NCBI GenBank assembly: GCA_043228905.1
Contig: JBHGNT010000005.1
Coordinates: 18,476,001-18,540,000 of the forward strand
Reading direction: 5' to 3'
Length of the DNA: 64,000 nt
From: Azolla caroliniana
Lineage: Eukaryota; Plantae; Polypodiophyta
The notes beneath the pieces were generated by a model. That model searched no databases, was not told where the DNA came from, and worked only from the letters and a program-made list of their open reading frames with translations. The position numbers and the translations under genes are program-made. Of the stretch, positions 1 through 11,670 are shown one piece after another (position 1 is the stretch's first letter; each line of letters opens with the position of its first letter).

Positions 1-43
1 GGAAGCATTCTTGATGGGACGTCATATGGTTCGAGGCACCGGA

Positions 44-479
44 TGTCATGAACAGTACTGAGACAGAGAAGGAATTAGTACTAAACGAAGGATTAGTACT
101 ATGAGAGGTGTGGAACTTCTTCGAGAGAAGGAAGAAGTGAGTGAGACAGAGAGAAAGAGAGAGATCGAGAGAGAGAGAGAGTGATGATAAGAAAGATATG
201 TATTATATGAAGAGAATATACAATGGTGGCTAAAAGGCTTAAGACTGGTGTTGAACCAATTTTGTTCAACATAATGCCTAGTGCCCTCTTTTATAGTGTT
301 TTCAGGAGTAATCCTGAAGCTTCTAGAATGTTCCAGAGAAATCTGGAATATACACTAATTTCCTATAATAAAATGTAAATGAAAATAATATCCTAAGTAT
401 TACAATAGATTATCCAATGGTCAAGAGCTCGACCCATATAACCTAAGGTCATGGGTTCGAGTCTTGCCATATCATGACA
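44..479 (-). repeat. 3' LTR of chromovirus A
   Basis: Direct repeat of 5282-5729 with TG..CA termini and an internal (GA)n tract. Confidence 0.95.
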
Positions 480-3400
480 CTATCCCCCCTTTAAAACGAC
501 GAGTGTCACGAGTCGTCTTGGATTGAGGACTTGGTTTGTGTGGATATTGACGATGGAGGTCTTCAAGAAGAGCACGAGCATTGGTCACATTCTCGATCGG
601 TTCCCAAGTACGTTCGTTGGGGCTATAGCCTAGCCAATCGACTAGATAGTAGAGCTTGTTGCGAACAATCTTGGAATCAAGGATGGCGGCAACCTCGTAC
701 TCCGGCCCATCTTCAAGCTCGATCGGGGGTGGAGGTTGGATAAGACATCCTAGGATGGTGCTCTCGTGGTAGGGTTCGAGGAGAGAACTATGAAACACCG
801 GATGTATCCGAAGTTGAGGAGGTAGATCGAGACGAAAAGCAACATCATTAATCTGTCCAATAATACGGAAAGGACCTAATCGTCGATAATCTAACTTCTC
901 ACATGGACGAGTAGTCTTGATGTGTCGTCGTAGCAGCCACACCCGATCTCCAATATTAAAACTAGATGGAAGTCGATGACGATCCGCGTAGACCTTGTGT
1001 GTTTGTTGAGCTTGTTGGAGATGACTAGATAAATCCGCTTGTATCTTGCGTAACTGCTCCAAACGATCCTCCGCGCACGGATTTGTGGACACCTCTGGGG
1101 TTTCAAGTACACACCACCGGGGGTGACATCCCGTATAAGCATAAAATGGCGTAACTTTAGTGGATGCGTGGATAGAGTTGTTATAGGCAAATTCGGCGAA
1201 GTGGAGAATATCTGCCCAGTCATCTTGATGATAGCTGAGAAAGCACCGCAGATACTGCTCCAATGTTTGATTTGTTCGTTGAGCTTGGCCGTCGGTTTGT
1301 GGGTGGTAGCCGGAGGAGAGGTTACAAGTGACCTTGAGCATGTTAAAAAGGTGCTTCCAGAATTTTGACACGAACTGGGGTCCACGGTTGCTGATGATAC
1401 TATCGGGAAGTCCATGATGCCGACATACTTCACGCATGACAATTTCAGCAGTGTCTTCATTGGAGATCTCCTTAGTACATGGCAAGAAATGAGCCATCTT
1501 CGTATATCGATTGACCACCGTTAGAATAGCATTGAACCCCTTAGAGACTGGAAGATCTGTGATGAAGTCTAGAGCAATGGATTGCCACGGCTTGCTTGGA
1601 ATTGGTAATGGTTCTAATAAACCATATGGATGATGCCTTGGCATTTTTGCTCTGCAACATGTATCACAAGTCCGAACAAAATCCTTGACAAATTGTCGCA
1701 TACAGGGCCACCAGAATGTTCGTTGTACTAAATGTAATGTTTTAGTACTACCAAAATGCCCAACTGTATATGTGTCATGACAGTTTTGTACTACTCGAAG
1801 GCGGCAAGAACCATTAGGAACATACAAAAGTTCTTTAAAGAAGAGTAATCCATCATGGTATTTGAATTGCCGATAGTCCGTACCCGGTGGTTGCGACTGT
1901 GAACACGACGCTCGAGAGGGATCAATTTGTGCTAGTATAGCTTGGGCGAACGCATCTGTCTTCAAGTCTTCACATATGGTATCGATAACGTGGGAATCCA
2001 TAGGCATGTCAAAGATCTGTGTTGCTTGTAGTCGTGCCGGTCCCAAGATGACTTGTTTTTGGTTATCGAAAGTTGGCTTGTCGGGACGGGGTGCTAGATA
2101 CAAACGCCGTGATAATGCATCTGCCTTCCCTTGGTGCCTCCTCGGACAATATGTAATTTTGAAGTCGAAACGCGTGAGGAAGTGGGCCCACCGAGCTTGA
2201 CGTCGATTCAACACACGAGCATCCTGAAAGTAGGCAAGATTCTTGTGGTCACTAAATACGGTGACTGGATGAGAGGATCCTTCCAGAAAATGCCTCCATT
2301 GCATAAAAAAATCCACTATTGCCAATAGCTCCTTATCATGAATTTCGTAGTTGATTTCGGCGGTGTCAAACTTGCGTGAGTGAAAAGCCACAGGATGTAG
2401 CCTCTCATCATTCCCCTGTTGTGACAGAATGCTCCCCAATGCAAAATCCGATGCGTCAGCTTTGATAATGAATGGTTTTTCCGGATCGACATGAGCTAGA
2501 ATTGGAGCCGATGTAAATGCCTTTTTAAGACTCTCGAAAGCCATGCCCGTTTCTTCAAACCAGATGAACGGTTGTCCCTTCCTGGTAAGTTTTGTGAGAG
2601 GTAGAACGATCTTTGAGTAATCTTGTATGAACTTCCGGCAAAAATTGGCAAAGCCTAAGAAGCATTGCACATCCCGCACCGAACGCGGAGTCTGCCATTC
2701 TACCACCGTTTTGACCTTAGCTAGGTCCATGGAGATGCCTTCTGACGAAATGATGTAGCCGAGAAATTCCACTTGGTTGCACCCGAAACTACATTTTTCC
2801 AGCTTTGCATACAGACCATGTTCTTGAAGTCGTTTTAGTACTAATAGTACATGAGAATCATGTTCTTCTTGGGTCTTTGAATAAACCAGTAGATCATCCA
2901 AATAGATGATCAAACAAGCATCCAATAGATCTCAGAATATATCATTAGCCATGTGCTGGAAGACTGCCGGCGCATTAGTGAGGCCGAACGACATGACCGT
3001 ATACTTGAAGTGCCCATATCTGGTGCGAAACGCAGTCTTCCATTCGTCTCCTGGTCGGATCCGTACGAGGTTATATGCTCCCCGTAAGTCGATCTTTGTG
3101 AAGAACTTGCCACCATTGATCCGTTCTAAAAGACTTGAGATAAGGGGAAGAGCATACCTATTCCTGATTGTAACCTTATTCAAGCCACGGTAATCTACAA
3201 CGAGATGAAGCGATCCATCTTTTTTTTTGACGAAGAAAATGGGCACGCCGGCTGGAGATTTCGAATGCCGAATGAAACCATTTTCCAAATTCTCCTCTAT
3301 ATAGGCCCGAAGGACTTCCAGCTCGGTTGGTAACAAATTGTAGATTGGTCCCCATGGCGGCTCTTTTCCCGGTTGTAAATCGATGGGGCAATCGTACGGT

Positions 3401-4062
3401 CGATGATGAGGAAGTGTGTTGGCTTGTACTTTATCGAACACATCGGCGTAATGACGATACTTCTCGGGAAGTTGAACGGTGGATTCTTCTTTAGTGGTGC
3501 TGGAGGGGTTTACTGATATTGCAAAGAGGAACATTTTCTCCTTGCGCCCTTCTTTACGCAACTGACGTAGCGAAATGGTTGCCATCTTCTGAGTTGACCC
3601 TTGGGTTTGTCGACATTGGATTTCTCTTGTTCTCCAATCTATGTCTGGGTTATGTAACTCGAACCACGGTAATCCTAAAACTATAGGATGTTCTGGGATA
3701 CTAATAATATTAAATGATACTACACATGCTAAGTTATCTAGGACAATATTAATGGGCTCTGACTCTTCTATGATATTTCCGGAAGCAATGGGACGTCCAT
3801 CAATGACTACTACAGAGGCTGGACACTGGAGTTTTCTTAGGGATATCTTATGAGCTTGAGCAAATTTCTTATCCATAAAGCAAGAGTTAGCTCCGGAATC
3901 TAGGAGTGTTAGGACATGTACTGGAGGGGTACTTTTAGTACTAACTATTACTTGGGCTACGAACACATCACTAACTTGCTTAGAGGGAATGGAACCACTA
4001 ATGGGTTGCACAGATCTAGGGCTGTCCAACCAAACGGCTCCTATTTTGGCTGAACTTAGTCG
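472..4062 (-). pseudogene. pol: pol of chromovirus A (PR-RT-RH-IN-chromodomain), one in-frame TGA at 2932-2934
   Basis: ORFs 2932-4029 and 472-2925 are in the same frame. Motifs LLDSGANS, IYLDDLL, ADASDFALG, HPQTDGQ, GPF and EYEVAAILDSK..YLVDWLGY..TWEP. Confidence 0.93.
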
Positions 4063-5207
4063 TTTAACTCTTCTTCTAACTGACTAAGGACATCAAATTT
4101 GTTTGCTAGATCTAGGATATTAGTACTATTAGGACTATCAGATATCCCTACTGAAATAGGCTCGGATTTAGTACAATTAGAACTAGCGACTATTTGGTTT
4201 ACCTGTCTTCTTGGCCTATGGGGGCAATTTATTGCAATATGTCCTGGTCCACCGCAGTAAAGACATAGTCGATTTGTACGGCGTCGCTACTTTTCTTCTT
4301 CGGATAATGGCCCTCGACAACGTGTAGTGTCAATCTCCATCGGAGTCGGAGTATTCACTGGAGGCGCATTATATGACTCCCTCGGAAAAGGTCTTGCTAC
4401 CACTGAGGCGTAGGTGGGCTCTGATCTTGCCCTTGGCATCTGTAGCTGTCGTTCCGAACGTCGCTCAAAGAGGCAGTTGTCACATCTCACCGCGCGACTG
4501 ATTGCTTCTGTTAAGGACTTTGGCTCTTCGGGGAAGGTCAATAGTAAATCCTTGACGTCGTTGCGTAAACCAAAACGGAACTGCTCCATCAACGCTTGAT
4601 CATCCCAAGGGATATCGGCGGCGAGTAGGCGAAAATCTGCAGCATATGCAGAGGCTAGACGGTCACCTTGGCGTAATCGCCGGATTTTGTTGATTGCGGT
4701 CCTGATGCTGTCAGTATCTCCGAAACATGCTTTAAACTCACCTAGAAACTCTTCAAAATTGTTGAGTAACGGAGATTCCTTTTCTAATAGTGGAGCGAAC
4801 CATGACAACGCTGAGCCACTTAACAAAGTGCCTACTAAACCCACTCGTGATGCATCGGTGGGATATCGGGAAGGATGCATTTGAATAACTAAACGTACCT
4901 GGTTAAGGAACCCTCTAAACTTTGATCACGTTCCATCGAACTTCGTGGGAAGGCCAATCTTGGGTTCTTTATGAATCCCTTGTGTTTCGGGTCCTTGTTG
5001 TTGCATCGCTACGATGGTTGCTTCGAGTTGTTGCACGCGTAACGCAAGTTCCCCATGTTGTTGTTGCGTTTGCTGCTTTTCTAAGGAGATTTGATGAAGA
5101 TCCCCCAGCAACCGTTGGTTTTCTTGTTCCAAAGCATGGAACTTCTCCTTCAAGCATTGAAATTCCGAGAAAATAGATTGATATTCTTCAGCGCTAACAG
5201 TGGCCAT
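4056..5207 (-). pseudogene. gag: gag of chromovirus A, in-frame stops at 4926 and 4287
   Basis: Colinear with the intact gag at 45922-47085 (PTKFDG, SALSWF, LRQG, CLYCGGPGH zinc knuckle). Confidence 0.92.
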
Positions 5208-5281
5208 GGGATGAAAGAAAAGAGGAATAAAAGATTAGTAGGAAATGAGAGAGATAGAAGGTAGGGAAAATTGGTTCAAAT

Positions 5282-5385
5282 TGTCATGAATAGTACTGAG
5301 ACAGAGAAGGAATTAGTACTAAACGAAGGATTAGTACTATGAGAGGTGTGGAACTTCTTCGAGAGAAGGAAGAAGTGAGCGAGAC

Positions 5386-5434
<49 letters not shown>

Positions 5435-5729
5435 TGATAAGAAAGATATGTATTATATGAAGAGAATATACAATGGTGGCTAAAAGGCTTAAGACTGGCG
5501 TTGAACCAATTTGGTTCAACATAATGCCTAGTGCCCTCTTTTATAGTGTTTTCAGGAGTAATCCTGAAGCTTCTAGAATGTTCCAAAGAAATCTGGAATA
5601 TACACTAATTTCCTATAATAAAATGTAAATGAAAATAATATTCTACGTATTACAATAGATGATTTAATGGTCAAGAGCTCGACCCATATAACCTAAGGTC
5701 ATGGGTTCGAGTCTTGCCATATCATGACA
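5282..5729 (-). repeat. 5' LTR of chromovirus A
   Basis: Direct repeat of 44-479. TATAAAA on minus at 5539-5545. Confidence 0.95.
5566..5583. promoter_or_regulatory. Heat shock element (4 alternating nGAAn units) upstream of the LTR TATA box; copy at 316-333
   Basis: GAAgcTTCtaGAAtgTTC matches the canonical HSE. Confidence 0.7.
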
Positions 5730-6896
5730 CCGGAGTCAATGAACCATACATCTTCCGGATTGGAGGCACTAGTCGAAGTAGAGGCCAACATAGAATTTGC
5801 TCTATGTCTCATCATGAACATTCCGCCATGGTCTTCGTAGTCAGAGTTGGTGGCATAATTTGTGAGTTGTCGGCTTGTGGAAGCTGACTCACACTTGTTC
5901 TTTCCTCACTCTTCTTCGTGGTGTCCGAGTATACCACAATATCCGCATTTGATTGGATTGTTTTGTTGGTTTCGACCGGCATGGAAACTCCCCCTTGTTC
6001 TGAACGTTCCTCAATTGTTTCTGCTTTCTTGCTGAAATTGGGAGTTGTTTTCATAGGTTGGACCTCGTCCGCCTCGTCTTTGGCCGAATCAGCCTCTTGC
6101 TTGGCTGCATCCTCTTCCTTTGTTCGAATGTGTGTAGAGCATGTGGCCTTCCGAGGCGTTACTCCTTGTTCAAACATGGTTTTCTTCAACCAACAACTTG
6201 GATTGAAGATCGAAGAAAGAGGGAGGATTCTCCCTTTCTAGGATGATGGTTCTCATCACGCCGAACCATGGTGCAAGGCTGCCAAGGCATATTTGCACCA
6301 TCTCATCATCCTCCACATTGACGCTTATTGAGCCAAGTGAATCAAAAAGCTCCTTGATCTTCAAGGTGTAGCTTGTGATGGACATATCCCTTTGTTGGAT
6401 ATTACTCAATTCTTGGCGGAGTTGAAGCTTTCTTGCAATTGGGTTGGCCATGAAAATCTTCCTAAGATTCTCCCATGCTTCCTTTGGCGTCTCGGCTTCT
6501 CAAATGTAGCCGAGCATATGGTCATGAACACATGTTGCCAAGCAATACATTACTCGACTTGCGGCTTGCTCCCATGTTGAGTGTTTGGGAGTCATTGGGT
6601 CAGGTCGATTTTCTTATGCTCCTTTGATGTAGCTGCAATAGCCTTGGCCGACAAGGTATTGGTGCATCTTGTACTCCCAAGATACAAAGTTGTTTCTATC
6701 TAACTTCTCGCTAGGGAGAGCGCTCCCCATTTGAGTATTCATTATGTAAATGTAGATTTCTTCCTTCTTCTTCTCTCTTGAATATGAGCTATGTAGTGGC
6801 ACTACGATAGCGATGAGCCAGATTTCTTTGAATCGTTGGCGTAGACACAACACACACGGATGAGCTAGATCGAGCTACCAAATCACTTTGATACCA

Positions 6897-6954
6897 CGTA
6901 AAGAGTCGATGGTGATTTTGTGCAGCGAAATAGGTTAGAGATGTGTGCTGTGTG

Positions 6955-7005
<51 letters not shown>

Positions 7006-7296
7006 AGAAGAGGAGAGGAGAGAGACACAAGATAGATCAAAATGGAAAATAGAATACTCAAGAAGATGTCTATTACAAAGGAGATTAACCGACAAATTAC
7101 AAAGTAGGAGGAGGGTGCTTTATATAGTCACCCTCTCTCTTCATTAACAATCGAAGCTCATGGGTCATGGGGAATGTGGAAACTCATTACTTATGTGTCA
7201 TAGAATGATTCTATGACACATAGTTAATATGTAGAGAGTAGTGGTGTGAATTTTGACCTTTGAGTGATCATAGATCTCAAAGGGTGTGTTCTTACA
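6897..7296 (-). repeat. 5' LTR of Cop1 with a (TG)n microsatellite at about 6958-7002
   Basis: Abuts the PBS. Ends are (c)gtaaag...cttaca. TATA-like tatataag on minus near 7120. Confidence 0.65.
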
Positions 7297-7742
7297 CTAG
7301 ACTAGGTTGAGCTACGTCAATTACCAAAGGCTTCAGGACCTGCAATCGAAACATGTGGTGTTTGGACTGCCGAAATTCAATGAACGGAAGGCCCTAATTT
7401 GTGAAGCCTACCAACTTGGGAAGCAACACCGATTTCCATTCCCCAACGAGCGAAACTGGAGTCGGAACAAGCTTAACCTGATACATTCGGATGTATGGGG
7501 ACTAACACAAAATGTTATTCTTGGCGGGAGTCGATATTTCGTCTCCTTCATCGACGACTATAGTCGACACATATGGACTGATCGAAAAGAAAAGCAAAAT
7601 TTCAACTGTTTCCAGAACTTATAGAATTTAGTCGAATGGGAAACAGAGTGGAAGATCAAGTGCCTATGGTCGGATGGCAGAAAAGAATATTTTTCTGGCC
7701 AATCCAACAGTTATATGTAGCAGAAGGGAATTCAACTACAAA

Positions 7743-8400
7743 TATACGCTGGAGCAAAACAGTGTTGCCGAAAAGAAGAACCGGTCAGTTGTAGAGACGA
7801 CAATGGCGATGTTGGAGGAGAAGAGCATGCCCAAGTTCTATTGGGCCAAAGTGGTCTGGACGACCGTCTACATCCAAAATTGAATAGGACGGAAGCCGAA
7901 CTCAAGACACCTCAGGGTATTTAGGAGTATTGCCTATGTGCATGTGTTGGAGGAGAAGAGCATTCAGGAGTATACGCCGGAGCAAAACAGTGTTGCCGAA
8001 AGGAAGAACCGGTCAGTTGTAGAGACAACAATGGCGATGTTGGAGGAGAAGAGCATGCCCAAGTTCTATTGGGCCAAAGCGGTTTGGACGACCGTCTACA
8101 TCCAAAATCGAATTAAGGTGGAAGCCGAACTCAAGACACCTCAGGGTATTCATGAGTATTGCCTATGTGCATGTGTTGGAGGAGAAGAGCATTCAGGAGT
8201 ATACGCCGGAGCAAAACAGTGTTGCCGAAAGGAAGAACCGGTCAGTTGTAGAGACGACAATGGCGATGTTGGAGGAGAAGAGCATGCCCAAGTTCTATTG
8301 GGCCAAAGCGGTTTGGACGACCGTCTACATCCAAAATCGAATAGGGCGGAAGCCGAACTCAAGACACCTCAGGGTATTCAGGAGTATTGCCTATGTGCAT
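7743..8400 (+). repeat. Tandem triplication (about 229 bp unit) inside the Cop2 integrase
   Basis: TATACGCYGGAGCAAAACAGT starts at 7743, 7971 and 8200. Confidence 0.93.
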
Positions 8401-11197
8401 ATGCCAGATGAGAGGCAGAGAAAGCTGGACCCGAAGTCGGAGAAGTGCATTTTGGTCAGCTACTCACACGAACAGAAGGGGTATAAGTGTTATAAACCCC
8501 AGACTAAACAAGTTTGAGTAAGCTACGATGTTGAGTTCAATGAGTCGGCATCATGGTACTCCTTACTGACTCTAGCTCCGACCCCTGACAACTCCGACTA
8601 CCCAATCACAGAGGATGAGGCCAGTGAGCCCAAAATGATCTGGGCAGACACTGATGAAGAAGACTTTGTTACTCTAGACGAGAGTCCGATCACATTCGGG
8701 CTGAGCGAGCTGAGTCGAAAAGTTAAGTCGAAAAGACCAATAGGATGATGAGTCGGCGAGTAGTGAAGATTCAGTCGTGCTCTCCCCGCGCAAGGAACCG
8801 AGGAGATAGTTCATGCACAAAGAGAAGGGGAAGAAGAAGATGCTAGAATATGACACTGGTAGAGACGAGTTGGATCAGAGCGAATCTGATTCCGGAAAGA
8901 ACGAAGATGGAACATCAGAGATGAAGTTAGAATCGGGCAAGAGGGCCCTTAAATCGGCTAAGGAGAAGTTGCGCCAATCTACCCACCAGAAGAACCCCGT
9001 CAAGCGGTACGGTTATAATGAGTACATGGCGCATCACTATGCATACATGACGAAAGTGGCAGAAGAGCGTGAGCCGGAGAGCTACGCAGAAGCAGAGAAA
9101 GACGCAAACTAGCATGCCACAATGGAGGAAGAAATGTGAACACTCGATGCCAACGACACTTGGGATCTGGTTGACCCACCCTAACACTGCAAACCGATCA
9201 ATTACAAGTGGGTATACAAGGTAAAGTATAATGCCGACGGTTCGGTCAACTAGTACACGACCTGGCTAGTGTCCAAGGGATATGTGCAGACCCATAGAAT
9301 CGATTGCGATGAGACCTTCGCTCCGGTAGCAAAGATGAAGATGATTTGTGTGGTGTTGGTAGTTGTTGCGCCAAGGGGGTGACATCTTCACCAAATGGAC
9401 GTGAAGAATGTGTTTCTTCAAGGGGATCTTGAAGAAAAAGTCTATATGATCCAATCCCCCAAATTTTAGTCGGAGATGAACACGTCGGTAGTGTGGTGAC
9501 TCAAGAAGTCACTATATGGCTTGAAGCAAGCCCCCCGAGCTTGGAATTCGAAAATCACGCATTGGTTGCGTAATATGGGGTTTGTAGCCTCAAAGTTCAA
9601 CTCTTCAATGTTCAACCAAAGAGGTTCGGAAGGTCCGGCGGGCATCTTGCTATACGTGGATGATCTAGTCATACCGAACCCGGACTCGTTGCAATTAGCA
9701 GAGTGAAGTCCCAATTGTAAGACGCATTCGAAATGAAGGACATGGGGGACCTTCATTACTTCCTCGGGATCGAAGTGATTCACACCCCCAACGGTATATT
9801 GCTATCTCAACGACACTATGTGTTGAATATGTTGTACAAGTTCGACGTGACGGATTGCCGACCGGTCTCCACACCCCTGGACCTAAACCTGAAGCTTTAT
9901 CCTAACTCCGAACCAGCCTGGAACGAGAAACGGTTCCGACAAATTGTCGGAAGCTGGATACATCTAACAATCACACGATCCACATCAACTATCCGGTCGG
10001 AGTGATCAACCAATTTACGCAGAGGCCGACCGTCGAGCACCTTCAGTGCACACATTGACTATTGCGATATGTGAACGACACTAAGGATCGGGGACTGTTA
10101 TACCGACACGATATAACCGAAAAGTTGGTCAATTATACAGATGCCGACTAGGCCGGTGATGCATCAGATCGTTGATCCACCTCTAGTTTTATGTTCTCTT
10201 TAGGTAGCATAACTATTGCGTGGAGTAGCAAAAAGCAGTTGACAGTGACTCTATCGAGCACTAAGGTTGAGTATTGGGGCACTACCGTTGCTACCTGTGA
10301 AGCCATATGGCTTCGGCGGGTGCTGCACGACCTCTAGATCGAAGTACCGACTCTGATCCTGATCTACTGTGATAACATGAGTAGCATGCAGTTGGCCAAG
10401 AACCCCGTGTTCCATGCTCGGACGAAGCAAAGTGCATTATCACTTTGTGCGTGAGCGGGATTTGAGCGGTGAAGTCGAACTATGGTATGTTCGAATAGAT
10501 CGGCATGTTACTGACATCTTCACCAAGCCACTCAGATAAGACAAGTTGCAACATTTTTCGGAGATGCTTGGGCTACAACATCTCGACATTCCGCACTTGA
10601 GGGGAAGAACCAGAACAGAAACCAGAAAGACAGGTAAAGGCACTAGAGAAGCAACCAGAAAGCGGGTGGAAATGATCGGAATAGGGGCAAACAAGAAGAA
10701 AAAGGGAGCGAGTCGACTGAAGAAGTCAACACAACCAAAAAAGTCAGAACAAGCGGCAACAACGGCAGAGTCAAGAAGGATAGAACCGATCGGAATAAGA
10801 AGGTCAAGAACCGGACGTGGTCTGATGTGGTAAAGGGCCTGAAGATTGAGAACAAATTGGAGACTGCCACTTCAGACAAGAGCTAGAATGAATCAAAGGC
10901 ACCAAATTCGAAGGAGCCGAATCAACAAGAGGCCAAACGGACAAGAAGGCAATCGAAGTCGACGCCGACACAGAGGAACCAACGGGTCGAGAAGCACCAA
11001 AGTCACAATAGCAAAGGAGCTAAGATGGGCCTCTTGGCCGAGAAGGTCAAGGTGCGCAGAATCAGACGGGTTGTGGGAACCGGGACCGGACAGGTCAAGG
11101 AGTGTGAGCAAGGCGAGAAGACGCTAGGAGAAGCCAACTGCAAGGATCGGCAACGACTGACACTGAGATCCGACCTCAAGTTGAGCTTGAGGTGGAG

Positions 11198-11670
11198 TGT
11201 TGAGCGGACAAGCTCAACATGATCCATATCGGCTGAGTAAGCCAGATCCAGAGATCGATATCTGGAACCTAGAGCCGGATCAGTGTCCGAAGAAGAGATC
11301 CGGATCCAAGGGCCGGATCGGAGAGCCATACTCACATGCGAATCGGTAGGCCGTTGGAGGTCTACACTCCTAGACTACCAAGTAGTTATCCTAGGAGTTA
11401 GTGTCAGTAGCTAAGTACGAGCATTGAAGTACTTGTCAGTACTTCTATTAGTCGTTTCAAGGACTTCTATAAAAGTGCTCACTGAGCACATTGTAGATAT
11501 ACATACAGAGTAAAATTTTGTAATTAGAGTTTTATGTTATTTTGCTCTCTCTGTCTCTCCTGCGTACTCTATGTGTGTGTAATTTAAGCTTTCCATTAAA
11601 ACTTAGTTTTGTTTTCTATTGCTATCCGGCTGAGCCGGTTTGTCTAAGCTTCCACGCATTAATTTTCACA
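11198..11670 (+). repeat. 3' LTR of Cop2
   Basis: Starts TGTTGAG after the PPT, has CTATAAAA at 11467 and ends TTTTCACA. Shares blocks (GAGCATTGAAGTA, TATAAAAGTGCTCACTGAGCAC) with 61317-61703. Confidence 0.8.

Larger units (their letters stand above)
44..5729 (-). mobile_element. Ty3/Gypsy chromovirus A (Tcn1-like), full length, disabled by stops
   Basis: LTRs 44-479 and 5282-5729 with TGTCATGA...TCATGACA ends. TSD CCGGA at 39-43 and 5730-5734. PPT AAAGGGGGGATAG (minus) next to 479. Order gag, PR, RT, RH, IN, chromodomain. Confidence 0.97.
1..7296 (-). mobile_element. Ty1/Copia element (Cop1), 5' part: 5' LTR, PBS, decayed gag and protease; interrupted by chromovirus A and continuing beyond the window start
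   Basis: Minus-strand gag MGSALPSEKLDRNNFVSWEYKMHQYL (ATG 6730) with stops and frameshifts. Protease VWFIDSG at 5730-5750 continues as SGASNHMTSHQ at 1-43. PBS TGGTATCAAAG (iMet type) at 6886-6896. Confidence 0.85.
7297..11670 (+). mobile_element. Ty1/Copia element (Cop2), decayed: IN, RT, RH, long 3' UTR and 3' LTR
   Basis: LIHSDVWG, SFIDDYSR, KLDPKSEKC, LKQAPRAW, LLYVDDL and KNPVFHART motifs with many stops. PPT-like TGAGGTGGAG at 11188-11197. LTR 11198-~11670 resembles LTR 61317-61703. Confidence 0.88.

Noticed and set aside
411-472. A functional tRNA-Met gene in the LTR
   Set aside because: Acceptor and anticodon stems do not form. Kept only as a tRNA-like A/B-box finding.
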